A stretch of DNA of 64,000 nt from Mobula hypostoma (GCF_963921235.1 NC_086108.1:64668001-64732000); one strand, 5' to 3'. Positions 25,001 to 38,500 are shown, counted from the stretch's first letter. A program made the numbers and translations. Notes: generated by a model from the letters alone, not told the origin.

Positions 25001-26861
25001 TTTTAAAATCAACAGAAGGCAACTTAAAAAGCCATAAGGAGGGTAAAGAGAAATATGAAGTTAAGCTAGCATATAACAAAGAGAGTAACAAATGTTTTTA
25101 TTAAATATATGAATCATAAAAAAGAGGTGAGAGTAGATATCGGACCGCTGGAAAATGATGCTGAAGAGGTAGTAATAGGGGACAAGAAAAGGCAGGTGAG
25201 CCGAATAAGTATTTTGCATCTGGTTTCACTGTGGAAGACACTAAAGGTATGTCAAAGTTCAATGGTGTCAGGGCAGAAATGAGTGAAGTTGCTATTACTA
25301 GAGAGAAGGTGCTTGGAAAGCTGAATGGTCTGAAGATATAGAAGTCACCTGGACCAGATGGACTACACCCCAGGGGTTTTTTAGAAACACCAGATTCTGG
25401 TGTGGTTCAGGACAACTGAAAAATTGTAAATGTTGCTCCACTCTTCAGGAAGGGAGGTGGGCAGAAGAAAGGAAATTATAGCCCAGTTAGCCTGACCTTA
25501 GTAGTTGGGAAGATGTTGGAGTCGATTGTTAAGAATGAGGTCTCGGGATATTTGGTGTCACATGATAAAATGGGCCAAAGTCAACATGGTTTCCGAAAGG
25601 GAAAATCTTGCCTGACAAATCGTTTGGAATTCTTTGAGGAAGTAGTAAGCAAGATAGACAAAGGTGGATGTTGTATACTTGGATTTTCAGAAAGCCTTTG
25701 ATAAGGTGCTGCACATGAGGCTGCTCAGCAAGATAAGAGGCCACGGTATTGTAGGAAAGAATCTGCCATGGATAGAGCATTGGCTGATTGGCAGGAAGTG
25801 AAGAGTGAGAATAAAGGGAGCCTTTTCTGATTGGCTGCTGGTGACTTTGGTCTTATGGTCTTAAGGACTAGTGGTGTTCTGCTGGGATCATTGTAGGGAC
25901 TGCTTCATTTTACATTGTATGTCAATTATTTGGGTGATGGAATTGATGGCTTTGTGGCCAAGCTTGTATATGATACAAAGGTAGGTGGATGGACAGGTAG
26001 TGTTGAGGAAGCTGGGAGGCTGCAGAAGAACTTAGATTTAGGAGAGTGGTCAAAGAAGTGGCATATGGAATTCAGTCTCGAGGATTGTATGGTCAAGCAC
26101 TTTAATAGAAGGAATAAATCATAGACTATTTTCTAAGCAGGGAGGAAATTCAAAAATCCAAAGTGAAAAGGGACTTGGGAGTCCTCATGCAGGAATCCCT
26201 AAAGATTAACTTGCAGATTGGGATGGTGATGAGAAAAGCAAATGCAATGTTAGCATCTATTTCAAGAGGTCTTGAATATAAAAACGAGGATGAAATGCTG
26301 AGGCTTTATAAGGCATTGATGAGTCCTCGCTTGGTGTATTGTGAGTAGTTTAGGGCCCCTTGTCTAAGAAAGGATGTGCTGCTATTGGAGAGGGTTCAAA
26401 GGAGGTTCACTGAAGTAATTCCTTACCTTATGAGAAGCGTTTGATGGTTCTTGGCCTGTACTTGCTGGAATTTAGAAGAATAAGTGTGATCTTATTGAAA
26501 CCTATTGAAAGTTGAAAGGCATCAATAGAGTGGATATGGAGAGGATATTTCCTATAGTGGGGGAGTTTAGGACCAGAGGGCAAAACCTCAACAGAGGGAT
26601 GTCCATTTAGGATGGAGATGAGGAGGTATTTCTTTAGCCAAGATGGTGATGATTCTGTGGAATTTGTTGCCACAGGCAGCTGTGGAGGCCAGGTCATTGG
26701 GTGTATTTAAGGTGGAGGTTGATAGGTTCTTGATTAGTCAGGGTGTGAAAAAGTATGGGAACAAGGCAGGAGAGTGGGGTTAAGATGGAAATGGATGAGC
26801 TATGATCAGATGATGAAGGAAAGTGAATGGGTGGAATGGCCTAATTTTGCACCTCTGTCTC
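22036..26861 (+). mobile_element. CR1 LINE, long decayed copy (ORF1 esterase, ORF2 APE plus RT, 3' tail)
   Basis: ORF1 CLPGTRVRDIS...ILVHICTND. APE VEPTRGSTVLDWMLC...EPLGGSDHNMI. RT KSPGPDG, NYSPVSLT, SQHGFRKGKSCLTNRLEFFEEV, KRDLGV. 3' end atggcctaattttgcacctctgtctcatg. Confidence 0.9.
23723..24946 (-). mobile_element. 5'-truncated CR1 LINE (RT half) nested in the plus-strand CR1
   Basis: Minus ORFs AVDVVYMDFSKAFDKVP, SGVPQGSVL...SKFADDTKVGG, LYRTLIRPLLEYCAKFWSPHYRKD. (ttctatgt)n tail at the left end. Confidence 0.92.
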
Positions 26862-28272
26862 ATGTAGTGAAGTGGCTCAAGAGGTTGGTTATGGCTAGAA
26901 CGAACTCCTACCTGAGCAAGAACCCGGACCCGCAGCAATTTGCCGATTGTCACAATATGTCTACAGCAGAGACAATTACACTAGCTCTCTACTTGGCCCT
27001 GGAGTATCTAGATCAAAAAAAAACCCATGTCATGCTGTTATTATTCAATATAATCATCCTCACAAAATTAAGCACCAACCTTCTAATCCTGGACCTTTGT
27101 ACTTCCCTCTGAAACTGGATTCTCGACTTCCTCATCGGGAAACCGCAGTCAGTGAAAATCAGTGCTAACATCTCCTCCTCGCTGATAATCAACACAGGCA
27201 CACCTCAAGATTGTGCGCTTAGCCCACTGATCTGCTCTCTCTATACTCACGACTGTGTTGCGAAGCACAGCTCAATGCATTTATAAATTTGCAGATAACA
27301 CTACTGTTGCTGGTGAAATCTCTGGTGGCAGTAAGAAGATGTACAGGAACGAGATAGATCGGTTGAGTGCTTTTGCAACAATATCCTTGCACTCAATATC
27401 ATCAAGACCAAGGAATTGAATATGGACTTCAGGAAGAGGAAGTCTGAAGAAGGAACACCAGTCATCATTGAGCGGCCAGTGGTGCAAAGGGTGAACAGCT
27501 TTAAATTCCTTGGTGTCCATGTCTCAGATTATATGTCTTGGGCCCAACACATTGATACAGTCCTGAAGAAGGCACGCCATTGGCTGTACTTTGTTAGGAG
27601 TTTCAGGAAACTTGGTATGTCATGAAACACCTTTCCAAATTTTTATGGATACATGTTGGAGAACATTCTGACTGGTTGCAGCACAGCCTGGTATGCCTCT
27701 AATACTCAAGATTGAAAGAGGATGCAGAGAGTTGTGGGCTCAGCCAACCTCATCACGGGCACAGCCATCCCCACCATTAAGGAGACCTTCAAGAGCCAGT
27801 GCCTCAAGAAGTTGGCGTACAATTACTGAGAATCCTCATCATCTGAGACATGACCTCTCCGTGTCACTGCTGTCAAAGAGGAAACACAATCAATAATTCA
27901 GGAAAAGCTTCTTCCCCTCTGCAATTAGATTTCTAAGTGGTCTACAAACCCATGAACACTACCCCATTACTCCTTTTGTTCTTGCACTATTTATTTTGTA
28001 AATTATAGAAATTTTATGTCTTTGCACTCTACTGCTGCCACAAAACAACAAATTTCATGTCATACTGCTCAGACAAAAATAAGCAATTGATGTTTCAGGA
28101 CTCTTGACGAAGGGTCTCAACCTGAAACATCAACTGTTAATTTACCCCATTGATGCTGCCTACCCGCTGAGTTCCTCCAGCATTTTGGAGGAAGGTTTTC
28201 AGCAACTGCAGTCTCTTCTGTGTCTATAAATTTCCATGTCATATAAAATAGTAATAGTAAACCTGATTCTGA
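26862..28272 (+). mobile_element. Rex1 LINE, 3' part of the copy begun at 21700
   Basis: Resumes with VVKWLKRLVMARTNSYLSKNPDPQQFA, then TGTPQDCALSPL, YKFADNTTV, FKFLGVHVSD. Tail agtaaacctgattctga. Confidence 0.88.
28065..28227 (+). mobile_element. PLE terminal module with degenerate hammerhead (28101-28136) in the Rex1 tail
   Basis: ttgacgaagggtctcaacctgaaacatcaactg plus PLE tail. Flanked by aaatttcatgtcata / aaatttccatgtcata. Confidence 0.8.
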
Positions 28273-28687
28273 AGCCATCTCTATCTCCTCCTCGTGTGTC
28301 TTTTCCACATCTCATAGACTTATAATAGGTTACCAGAGTGTCATTGTCTAATTATTTTTTGGTGTTGGAAGCAGCAGGATGATACATCATTTGTGGTACA
28401 CCATAGTTTGCTAAAGATGGCAGTCTCATGAGACTCCCTGAAGAAACAGATTCTGTCAGAGGTGATCATTGCAACAATAACTTCCAATTATGCAACTCCT
28501 TTAATGTTAGTGTAATCAAAAGAAATTTTGTTAGTCATTATGTCGAAGATGGCAATTAATGCACAATATGGAGATTGGATATAGCTGAAGAAATGAAATG
28601 TTGGATTAAAATGTGGGTTTTAGGAAAGATATTAAGGGAAAAAGGAGAATTTAGATTAAAAAGGATTTAAAGATTAGTTCTATTTCT

Positions 28688-28973
28688 CACATGTACATCG
28701 AAACAGAGTGAAATGAATTATTTGTGTTAGCAACAGTCCGAATATGTGTTTTCAGGCAGTCTACAAGTGTCACCATGCTTCGGGTGCCTATGTAACATAC
28801 CCACAACTTACTAACCCTAACCCATGGTGCTTTGAAATGTGGGAGGAAACCAGAGTGCCCGGAGGAAATGCACATGGGTCACAGGAAGAATGTACAAACA
28901 CCTTGCCACACTGGCAGGAATTGAACCCTGATCATTGAAAGCTGGCACCGTAATAGGTTTACACTAACCACTG
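28688..28973 (-). mobile_element. tRNA-derived V-domain SINE (HE1-like)
   Basis: Reverse complement gives cagtggttagtg...gggttcaattcctgcc (A/B boxes) and ggtttcctcccacatttcaaag (V-domain-like). Confidence 0.75.
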
Positions 28974-29919
28974 TTAATAGGTAGAGGAATAATGAATTGG
29001 TGAAGGGAAGTTAGTTTTGAAGAGAGTAAGTGTTGGAAGGACTGCTCTGGACTGAATAAGACACAAAGATTTACCAGCTAACTTAACACATGGACAGAAG
29101 TTTGGAATCAGTGACAAATACATAGTACTGTGGCAAGAAGTAAATATGATCGCTTTAGTATTATCAGTCCTTAAGTAGATAATACTAGATATTAAACAAA
29201 AATTTTGAAAGTAAGGAGATGTTGATGGAGTTAACATTAGTAGTGAAGAGGTAGGGTGATTATCATCCACTGACTTCATACTTGCAGGTGACACTATCAA
29301 AGCACAGCATATAGATGAAGAAAAGGAGGACAACAAGGTTGAATTTTTGGAAAACTCTGGAGGTAATGGAGGGGGTGAGGAAGGATGTTTTTATGGAAAT
29401 CTTCATCTGCAAATGTTTGTTTAGAATGGAACTGAGCAACACTCACATTAAAATGGACAACAGAAGGGAGACATTATAAGTGGACAGTAGAATGGTGAAA
29501 AATTATGTACAAATCATGATCATAGTGATATGCTAAGTAGATATAAAACAGATATTTCTGACATTTTCCAGCCATTGTAATTGCAGATTTTATTCAGTTT
29601 CACCACGAATATGAGAGAAATGGAATCAAACAATCAAAAATATGTAGAGTTAGTGTCCACCTGTATGTGTTAATTTGTGCCTGACCCCACTGTTATTTTT
29701 CACAATTACTCATTACTTTGAGTATGGTTTTCTGTACATTTATTACTTTGGATCTGTAGTTCACTCCTCTGTTCACTGTTGATTCTGAGTTCATGGTGAT
29801 CATGCATGATGAGCATTAAGTCTGTTACAGTTCATTTATCTTTATCATCCTTTTTCAACACCTTGGGGTCTCAGCCTTTACTGCTCAAGTCACAGACATG
29901 TGTTGTATTGTCGAATATC

Positions 29920-30190
29920 CCCCTAGTGAGATATTAAACAAGTGACCTAAGCAACCTGTGGCAGTATTCAAAGAAAAATGGAGTTTTCCTAACTTTCTGG
30001 GCAACATTCATCCTTTGGTCCACAGCTAAAACAGATAACCAAACTATTTATTTCATTACTTTGTGAAACCTTGCTGCATACAAATTGGCTGCCATATTTC
30101 TTGCATTACAACAGTAATTACTTTGAAAATTATTCATTGTAAGGCACCTTGGGACAAACTGAAAAGAATGCTGTAAATACTAGTTGTTTC
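29920..30190 (+). mobile_element. Ancient Deu-domain SINE remnant (SacSINE1/AmnSINE1-like)
   Basis: ctaaaacagataacc...cttgctgcatacaaattggctgccatatttcttgcattacaacagt...ttgggac...gctgtaaatac resembles the Deu-domain and tail consensus as I recall it. Confidence 0.6.
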
Positions 30191-32696
30191 TTCCTTAGCA
30201 TCACATATGTTAGTAGTTAAGACGTGATTTGCTAATTGTACATGCCATTTGATATTGTTGAAGTTTTGCATTGATAGTGGCCAAGAGACAAATATGTACA
30301 AATCCAGCAGCAACTGGTATGAATAAACTGTGTTGATTCTTTTGTGAGTTTTCACGGTTTTAATAAGATTATTCGAAGTCTTGTAGTATTAACCTTTTGC
30401 TTTATGTGAAGCCTTGTCATAACTTTAGAGACGAGGAAGTAAGCTATGAGTTTAAGCAATTTTTGCTTTTAAAAAATCTTGAAAGAAAATCAAAAGGGCA
30501 AAGGGAGGACAGTATGGGGGTTGGTTCATAGTAACCAATAATCAAACTGCAATTCATTCCTGACATTTAGCAATGACTTATGACTAGATTACAGGTGGGA
30601 TGACAGCAACATTTCAGAATGAGTAGAGTGTTCAGTTGAACTAATGTCACAAGCTTGGGTATTCAACATTTATAGACTGGCACAACTAATTGGTTTATTT
30701 CTGGAGTCAGCTTCCCTCAGTATTCAACAGAATCTTGAGGCCTGTGACACAAATTTAATGTTTTTTATGATTTTTGTGAAGAAGAGCAAAATATATTTTG
30801 TCTAATTAAAATTCAATGTTTTGACAGCTTTGTAGAAAACTTAAGATATTTTTAATTGTATAATTGGATCCAAAATTGTTTTGGTTATTGTGTTTTTGCA
30901 GTTAAATGTAATTTAGCAAGTTGAAATATAATTGCTGTATTTTAACATAAAAGGTCATGAGATAGTTATCTGAGATCAAATTACAGTTGTGGACAAGTTA
31001 TGTTCTCTTACTAGGTTTGGACCAAAAGAAGGTGTGGTTTAAGTTTTGGTTTTTGTTATACTAGGAAATAAATAGCTTGTGGGTTTGCTTGACCAGATGT
31101 TTTGGCCTTGAATACAAATGCTGGAGAACTATTAAGTTTTTTTTGTTCATAAGAGGTGACTGACAGTCTCTTTTAACTTATACTTAAAAAATCAAGGTGA
31201 TTGAAATAAGTGCCAGGAGATAATATAAATCACACAAGGCTTCCAGCCAGGCTGAAAGAGCTGTCATTATATGATTTCTTAATATGCAGAGTGAAAAAAA
31301 ATGCAGTCTCTGCATTAGTCTATGAAAGACGTCACCAGGTTAAAAATTGAAAGCGCTCATTGTACCTTTTTGAGAAAGCTTAGTACAGTACACTCTGAAT
31401 TAGTAAAGATCAATGCCTGCATTACAGGGTCCCCAGAGTAGCCAGGCTAGTGAACTGAGTTCACTCAGCTGTTAGACGGACTTCATTGAAACGCAAAGAA
31501 AAGAGACAGGCAATTTGTAATTAGCATGTGTCTCATATCACTGTTGACATCTCTCACAGTTCAATCTGACTACTTGCATTTCTTCATCTTATTCATTTTT
31601 CTAAAACTACATTGTAAATAATTAAATCCATTGATCACTGTCTTGTATATATTTTCTCTCAACCTATAATGCTTTTCATCTTTTGTACTGTCACATTTGA
31701 CACAAAAATGACTTTACTAGAATGTTCTGAGTGACTTTGATGACCAAAGGGCTGGAGTATAATTGAGAGGCTGCATTAATGATCTGCAAAGAATAAACAT
31801 AATTTTTCTCTAGTTCTAGTGTCTTGTATTCTCTCAGAGAAATTAACGAAAAAGGACAACATTTTTTCTCTTATAAGCGTCAGGACAGCACAGACTACCC
31901 CCTGCAAAAATTTTAAAATGCAAAATTTAATTTTGATGATGGGTTGTATCAAGTCTTATGCATTTGTTTGTATTTACTGGCAATAATTTTCATTATATTT
32001 ACCAAAAATACCAATATATAAATAATGTCTCAATTACATACCCAGCCAAAATTCCCCTTCTTCCCTCTAACCACTGAATGCTCAGCTGATGCAATCTTGT
32101 CTAACGACTGAATGTTAATGTTGGGATCTATGCTTTTCTTAAAGGAGGACATTGTAGAGCTGCTCACCACAAGTAATTAAAGATTTTATAATTACTGCCA
32201 TGAGGTATCTAATTGCCCTGAAAGAAGGCTAAATGTCTGATTGAAACATGATACTTGGCTCAGAACTTGGGGTAGATTTCACAATGATTTTAAGATTGTG
32301 CTCTGATTCAAAATTCTACAAGACCCTTAGCAGATCGATTTATTATTTTGGTCTGGACCATGCTCAAACTGGTCCACATCCTATATGTGACCCTGTGCAA
32401 CATCTGTGACCACATGAATACTTTGTGGGCCTGTGGGACAGACTGAACTCAATACCTCACTACCACACTACCACAGCCATCCTATGCAGCAGAGTAATCC
32501 CTAACTGGTCTAACATTCTTCTGGTAGTATGTGATGGTAAAGAGTTTTTATACTGTTTCTGCGTGTCTCTTAATTAGAAAAGTTTCAAGTAGTTGACAAA
32601 CATTTATAAAATTTGAAGAAAAATTAAACTAAATTAAAAACATTAATAGAAATCATTCTAAAAATACAACCACATCATTTTCAATCTACTGAGCAG

Positions 32697-33060
32697 CAGA
32701 CATCCCACCCTGCAGAAACTGATTTCTGGGAGGTAGCACCATCAATTTGCGGGAGACTTCCGGGAGAGGTGGGATGTCTGCAGTAGAGTAGCTCCTTAGC
32801 AGCTACCCAGCTAGTTTAAATAACGTTGGCTATGCGAATGAACGAATGACACCTGTTAAACTCACCTCAACATGTCTTTGACAGTCTTAACCCACCGTGG
32901 GCAATAGAAAAGTCACTGTTGCAAACAGTGCAGAAGGCAACACTGTCATTATTTTTGACCCCTATTAGGCAGGGCTACACTTTAGTGTAGTCTGGGGTGA
33001 TGTACATTTTATATTTTCTTTTTTTTCTGGAACACTCTGCCACGGAGCGCCCTCACCCCC

Positions 33061-33103
<43 letters not shown>

Positions 33104-33387
33104 GGTCGCTCTCGCTTGCTTTCTGTCTCGCGCTCTCGCTTGCTTTCTCTCGTGCTCTCACGCTGTTGCTTACTTTCTCGCTCTCTCGCTTGCTTGCTCT
33201 CGCTTGCTCTCACTTGCTTTCTCGCGCTCTTGCTTGCTCTCGCGCTCTCTCGCTCTCACTGGCTTTCTCTCGCTCGCTCTCAAAAAAAAATTGATTTCCG
33301 TGATATTGTATATAATTTGCGGGCATCAGGGAGCCACTATTCATATGTGGGAGACTCCCGGAACTTCCGGGAGAGGTAGGATGTCTG
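32697..33387. mobile_element. Non-autonomous TIR DNA transposon with 6-bp TSD
   Basis: TIRs cagacatcccacc / ggtaggatgtctg. TSD gagcag at 32691-32696 and 33388-33393. Subterminal cgggag motifs. Confidence 0.8.
33063..33281 (+). repeat. (CT)n plus degenerate (ctcgcttgct)n simple repeat inside the TIR element
   Basis: Directly visible tandem low-complexity array. Confidence 0.9.
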
Positions 33388-33499
33388 GAGCAGCCCCATT
33401 TGGATTAGTGGGTTCACACTAGTAAGAAACCCTGAATGAAATGTATCTGGTTTCAGAACTCAGGGTATGTATGCTCCTTCCCAGGATTTGTTGCTAATA

Positions 33500-33680
33500 A
33501 GCAGAATTAACATTTCAGGGTCGGGCCTTCAGTCAAAATTCGGATAGGCCAACAGATGAGGACCAACTTGCCAACAGGTCTTCACGTCCAATGTTAACTT
33601 TCTTTCCTCTAATGCTGCCGGACTTGCTGAGTGTTTCCAGCATGTTCTATTCTTTATTTTAGATTTCCAGCATCCTCAGT
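33500..33680. mobile_element. Old PLE terminal remnant
   Basis: atgctgccggacttgctgagtgtttccagc...agatttccagcatc tail, with an inverted remnant at the left. Confidence 0.5.
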
Positions 33681-34004
33681 AATTCTATTATATATTTTAA
33701 TTGCTAAAGGTTTGTTGGAAATAAGGTAGGAGAGAGCAGGTTGTGCACTGCAAGGCTTAACTTTAAAGCTGTCAAAGGGAGAAGTTTATTACTTATATTT
33801 ACATGAGGGCTAAAATGTGTTTTAGAAAAATGTGAGCATTTTAGAAATAATCATCTATTTGGGCTTCCAGCATGGCCAGGTGAGGAAGTGAGAGGAATGG
33901 CCTTTCCTTGCTTGTGTTGTTATTGCTGTGTTCATTAACTGTCATCGTGCATGTGCGGCCAAGACTGCTTCAGGTCCATAGATGTTGCTCCTTCTGTTAT
34001 ATTA

Positions 34005-34175
34005 GATCATAAAACCATAAGATATAGGACCAGAATTAGGCCATTTGGCCCATTGGGTCTGCTCTGCCATTTCATCACAGCTGATGCAATTTTCCTCCCA
34101 GCCCCAATCTCCTGCCTTGTCCCTATATCCCTTCATCCCCTGACCCTGACCAATCAAAAATCTGTTCATTGACCT
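34005..34175 (-). mobile_element. CR1 3' tail fragment
   Basis: ccataagatataggaccagaattaggccatttggccc, the same tail as at 47622 and 60283. Confidence 0.75.
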
Positions 34176-34899
34176 CCAAACCCATTTCATGCCCTAAAGC
34201 ATGCTGAACCTATCTGATGAAGGTTTATTGAAGGGAAATGTTAGTTTGATATATCTTATCACCAATGCAGCCTGACTTGCTTAGTATTGCCAGCATATTT
34301 TAGTTTTTATTATGCTAACTCTCTCCTCGGTCATCAGCTCTTTAACTTTGATTTTCAGTGTTCTGTCTGAAATTGGATGCCTACCTACTCTGACATCTGC
34401 TTCAGCATTATAAAGCTGACCGTTCCCTAAATTGGTCAATGAGGACTGAGTGGACCAAATGACCTATTTCCATGCTGTATGAATCTTTACTGTGCAATGA
34501 CATCAACCCGTAGTTGTGGTCAGTGATTAACTTTCCTGAAAGAGGTGTTGGCTTGGCTTCAATCAGCATCAATTACATTCAGCTGGTGGTAACAATTCTT
34601 GAAATTATTCCCCATTATTGTGCACTAAAGCATCAGAAAACCTGGTGACTTTGTTCTTTTCCAGCAACCTGGCATTATTTGCAAGCTACATTCTGCAGTT
34701 GTTTTGACCAAGATTTTCTCCTGGGGAACTCATCTGCAAAATTAGAATTGGAATATCCTGGAATCTGATTTTAATCAACTCACATTACTCTGCTTTATAT
34801 GTTCGTGTACAGAAATACTGGGGTCAACTCCATGGTATATGTTCATCACCTTGATTGGCATGGCTTTCATTAAGCAGGACATTGTTACAAGATTAAAAA

Positions 34900-35250
34900 C
34901 GAAGTTATATTTGTTGCATCTCCCAGCAATATCGCAAAGTGTTTCCCTATGTAGTGAGATGCCTTGAAATGCATTTCCAATTATATCATTAAACACAGCA
35001 GTATTTTGTGCAATAGAGTCTCGCAAATAGTGACTATGTGGTTCTTTAATTGGTGGTGTTGATTCAGGGAGCACTGTTGACCAGGAAATTAGAAGAAACC
35101 CTTTCCTTTGAATGGTTCATTATAACTCAGATTATTGGGATATGTAGATAATACAGCATTTACATGGTACTGTAATCGATACTGAGTGTTCAAATCTGAA
35201 ATGTTGCCCAATCCTTTGAAACAGGTGAAACTGCTGTTAACTGAGCCTGA
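34900..35250 (-). mobile_element. Ancient Deu-domain SINE remnant
   Basis: Reverse complement starts ggctcagttaacagcag (tRNA-like head) and contains cctggtcaacagtgctccctgaatcaacacc...ttgcacaaaatactgctg. Confidence 0.5.
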
Positions 35251-35599
35251 ACTCTTAGAGTTAGATACTACAATGTTATTTTAGTACTTGTGGTAACTTA
35301 TTCATAATAAATGCCTTACTGGCAGCCTCTAAACCAATACCGATTAGAAAATTCAGATATTATTAGTCATGTTTTCCCCTTGAACTGAACACCACACTTA
35401 CCCCTCTGTTGAGGTGTGCAGTGTGGGTGAACTGGTATTAAACCCTTTGTAAATTATATGCCTATGAATTTCCTTGAAGTCCAATAAAATTAGGTAGGAG
35501 AAAATAAAGGTCTGAATGTAATAGATTTTGTGGAACTTTTGCAACTTGGCTTTGCCCACTTAAAAACTAACTGATGTCAGGGTGATAATACTTTACAGT

Positions 35600-38500
35600 G
35601 AGCAGATGTCCAGCTCAGTTTGGTTCCCAGATGGTTTGTTGTGTCTGGGGTGCCAGGATCCATGACGTCTCGGATTGAGTCCTTGCCATTCTTAAGTGGG
35701 AGGGTGAGCAGCCAGAGATCATTGTCCATGTCGGTACCAATGACATAGTTAGGAAGAGGGACGAGGTTCTGAAAAAGTGAGTTCAAGGAGCTAGATGCTA
35801 AATTAAAGGGCAGGACCACCAGGCTTGTGATCTGAGGATTGCTACCCATACCACATTCTAGTAAGGCCAGAAAAAGTAAGATGATACAGTCCAACACGTG
35901 GCTAAGAAGTTGTTGTAGGAGGGAGGGTGTCAGACTTTTGGATCATTGTGCTCACCTCCAGGGAAGCTGGGCCCTGTACAGAAGAGACGTTTTGCACCTG
36001 AACTACAGGGAGACTAATATCCTGGCAAGAAGGTTTGCTAGTGCTGTGTGGTGGGTTGGAGGGGGGGCGGTTGCTGGTGGTTAAGCTAGAGTTGCAGGGG
36101 TATGGGAACCGGAGTGCTGGAACAGATAGTGGAAAGGTTTGGAGACATGTTGTTAAGACCTAAGACCAAGTCAGGAATCAAAAGGTTGAACGTGGTTTGA
36201 CCAATGTCCTGAGCTGCATATATTTCATTGCAAAAAAGTATTGTAGGAATGGCAGATGAGCTTTGGGCATGGATCAATGCATGTAATTATGACATTGTGG
36301 CTATTAGTGAGACTTGGTTGCAGGAGGGGCAGGACTGGCAGCTCAGTATTCTGGCATTCCACTGTTTTATATGCAACAGAGCAGGAGGGATTAAAGGAGG
36401 AGGGGTGGCATTACTAGTCAGGAAAAATATCATGGCACTGCAAAGTCAGGACAGACTGGAGAACTCATCTAGTGAGGCTTTATGGTTTGAACAATTTGTA
36501 GGACATGTCAGTCAGGGTATTGGACTATATATGTGTTTTTTGTGTGACTATGTTTCTTTTTGCTTGCTATTTTGAATGTGCTGTTTATATTTTGCACCTT
36601 GGCTCCAGAGAAGCACTGTTTCTTTCGGCTTTACTCATGTATGTTTGAATGATAATTAAATTTGATATGATTTGATTGATTTGAGTAAGAAAGGTGTAAC
36701 CACGTTAATGGGGATATATTATAGACCATCCAACAATCTGCGGGATTTAGAGGAACAAATTTGTACAGAGATTGCAGATTGTTGCAAGAAACATAAGGTT
36801 GTTATAGTAGGTGATTTTAACTTTCCACATCTTGATTGTGACTCCCATACTGTGAAAGGACTAGATGGGATAGAGTTTTTCAGATGTTTTCCAGAAAATT
36901 TCCTTAGTTGGAACATAGAAGTCCCAATGAGAGAGTGAGTGATACTTGATCTTTTATTAGGGAATGAGACAGGGCAGGTGACAGGCACTTGTTTAGGGGA
37001 ACACTTTGTATCTACTGATCATAATGCCACTAGTTTCAAAGTAAAGATGGAAAAGGATATGTCTGCTCTGGTCCGTGAGTTGAGATTCTAAATTGGAGAA
37101 AGGCTAATTTTGATGGTATCAGAAATGATCTGGTAAGTGTGGATTGGGACAGGCTGTTTTCTGGCAAGGGTGTGTTTGGCAATTGAGAGTACAAAGCTTG
37201 TATGTGCTTGTCATAATAGATGGTAAAGATAACAGGTTTAGGGAACCTGGGTTTTCAAGGGACAGTGAAGCTCTGGTTAAGAAAAAAAGGAGGTGCATTG
37301 TAGGTATAGGCAGGTAGGAACAAATGAGGTACTTATGGAGTATAAGAAATGCAAGAGAACATTTTAAAAAATCAGGAGGTTTAAAAGAATGCACGAAAAT
37401 TCCCTAGCAGACAAGGTGAAGGAGAATCCCAAGGGATTCTACAGATATGTTAAGAACAAAGGGATTGTAAGGGACAAAATTGGTTCTCTGGAAAATCAGA
37501 ATGCTAATCTATACGTGGAGCCAAACAAGATGGGGAGTCTTAAGTGGATTTAGTTGGAAGGTAGACACAGAGTCTATAGAAGTGAGGCAAAGCAGCAGCG
37601 AGGTCATAGACCCTATATAGATTACAGAGGAGGAGGTATTTGCTGGCTTGAGGCAAATTATGGTGGATAAATCCCAGGGCATGACCAGGTTATTCTCTTG
37701 TTTGACTGTTTAAGAACTGCTCTAAAAGTAAACCAGGAAATTATAGGCCATTGAGCCTGACATCAGTTGAGGGAAAGTTACTGGAAGGTATTCTAAGTGA
37801 CTGGGTGTATGAATATTTGGATAGACATGGACAGATTAGGGATAGTCAGCATTGTTTTATGCATAGTAGGTCATGTCCAACCAACCTTAGAGTATTTCAA
37901 GGAAGTTATCAGGAAAGTTGAAGGCAAGGCAGTGGAGGTTGTCTACATGGACTTTTGCAAGGCAATTGACAAGGTCCCACATGGGAGGTTGGTCAAGAAG
38001 GTTCAGTTGCTCAGCATTCAAAATGAGGTAGTAAATTGGATTAGACGCTGGCTTTGTGGGAAAGGCCAGAGATTGGTTGTATATGGTTGCCTCTCTGATT
38101 GGTGGCCTGTGGCTAGTGGCGTGCCATAGGGATTGGTGCTGGGTCCATTGTTGTTCGTCATCTATGTCAATGATCTGGATAATAATTTGGTTAACTAGAT
38201 CAACAAATTTGTGGATGACAGCAAGATTGGGGGTGTACTGGATAGTGAGGAAGACTATCAGAGCATACAGCGGGATCTGGACCAACTGGACAAGTGAGCT
38301 AAAAAAATGGCAGATGGAATTTAATGCAGACTTGTGTGAAGGGTTGCACATCAGTAGGGCCAATCAAGGTAGGTCTTATCCAGTGAACGGTGGGGCACTG
38401 AGGAGTGTGGTAGAACAAATGAATCTGAGAATACAGGTCCATAATTCATTGAAAGTGGTGTCACAGATAAAGAGAGCCATAAAGAAAGCTTTTGGCAGAT

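Noticed and set aside
32997..33422. 141-aa Leu/Ser/Ala-rich ORF
   Set aside because: Runs through a simple repeat inside a non-autonomous transposon.
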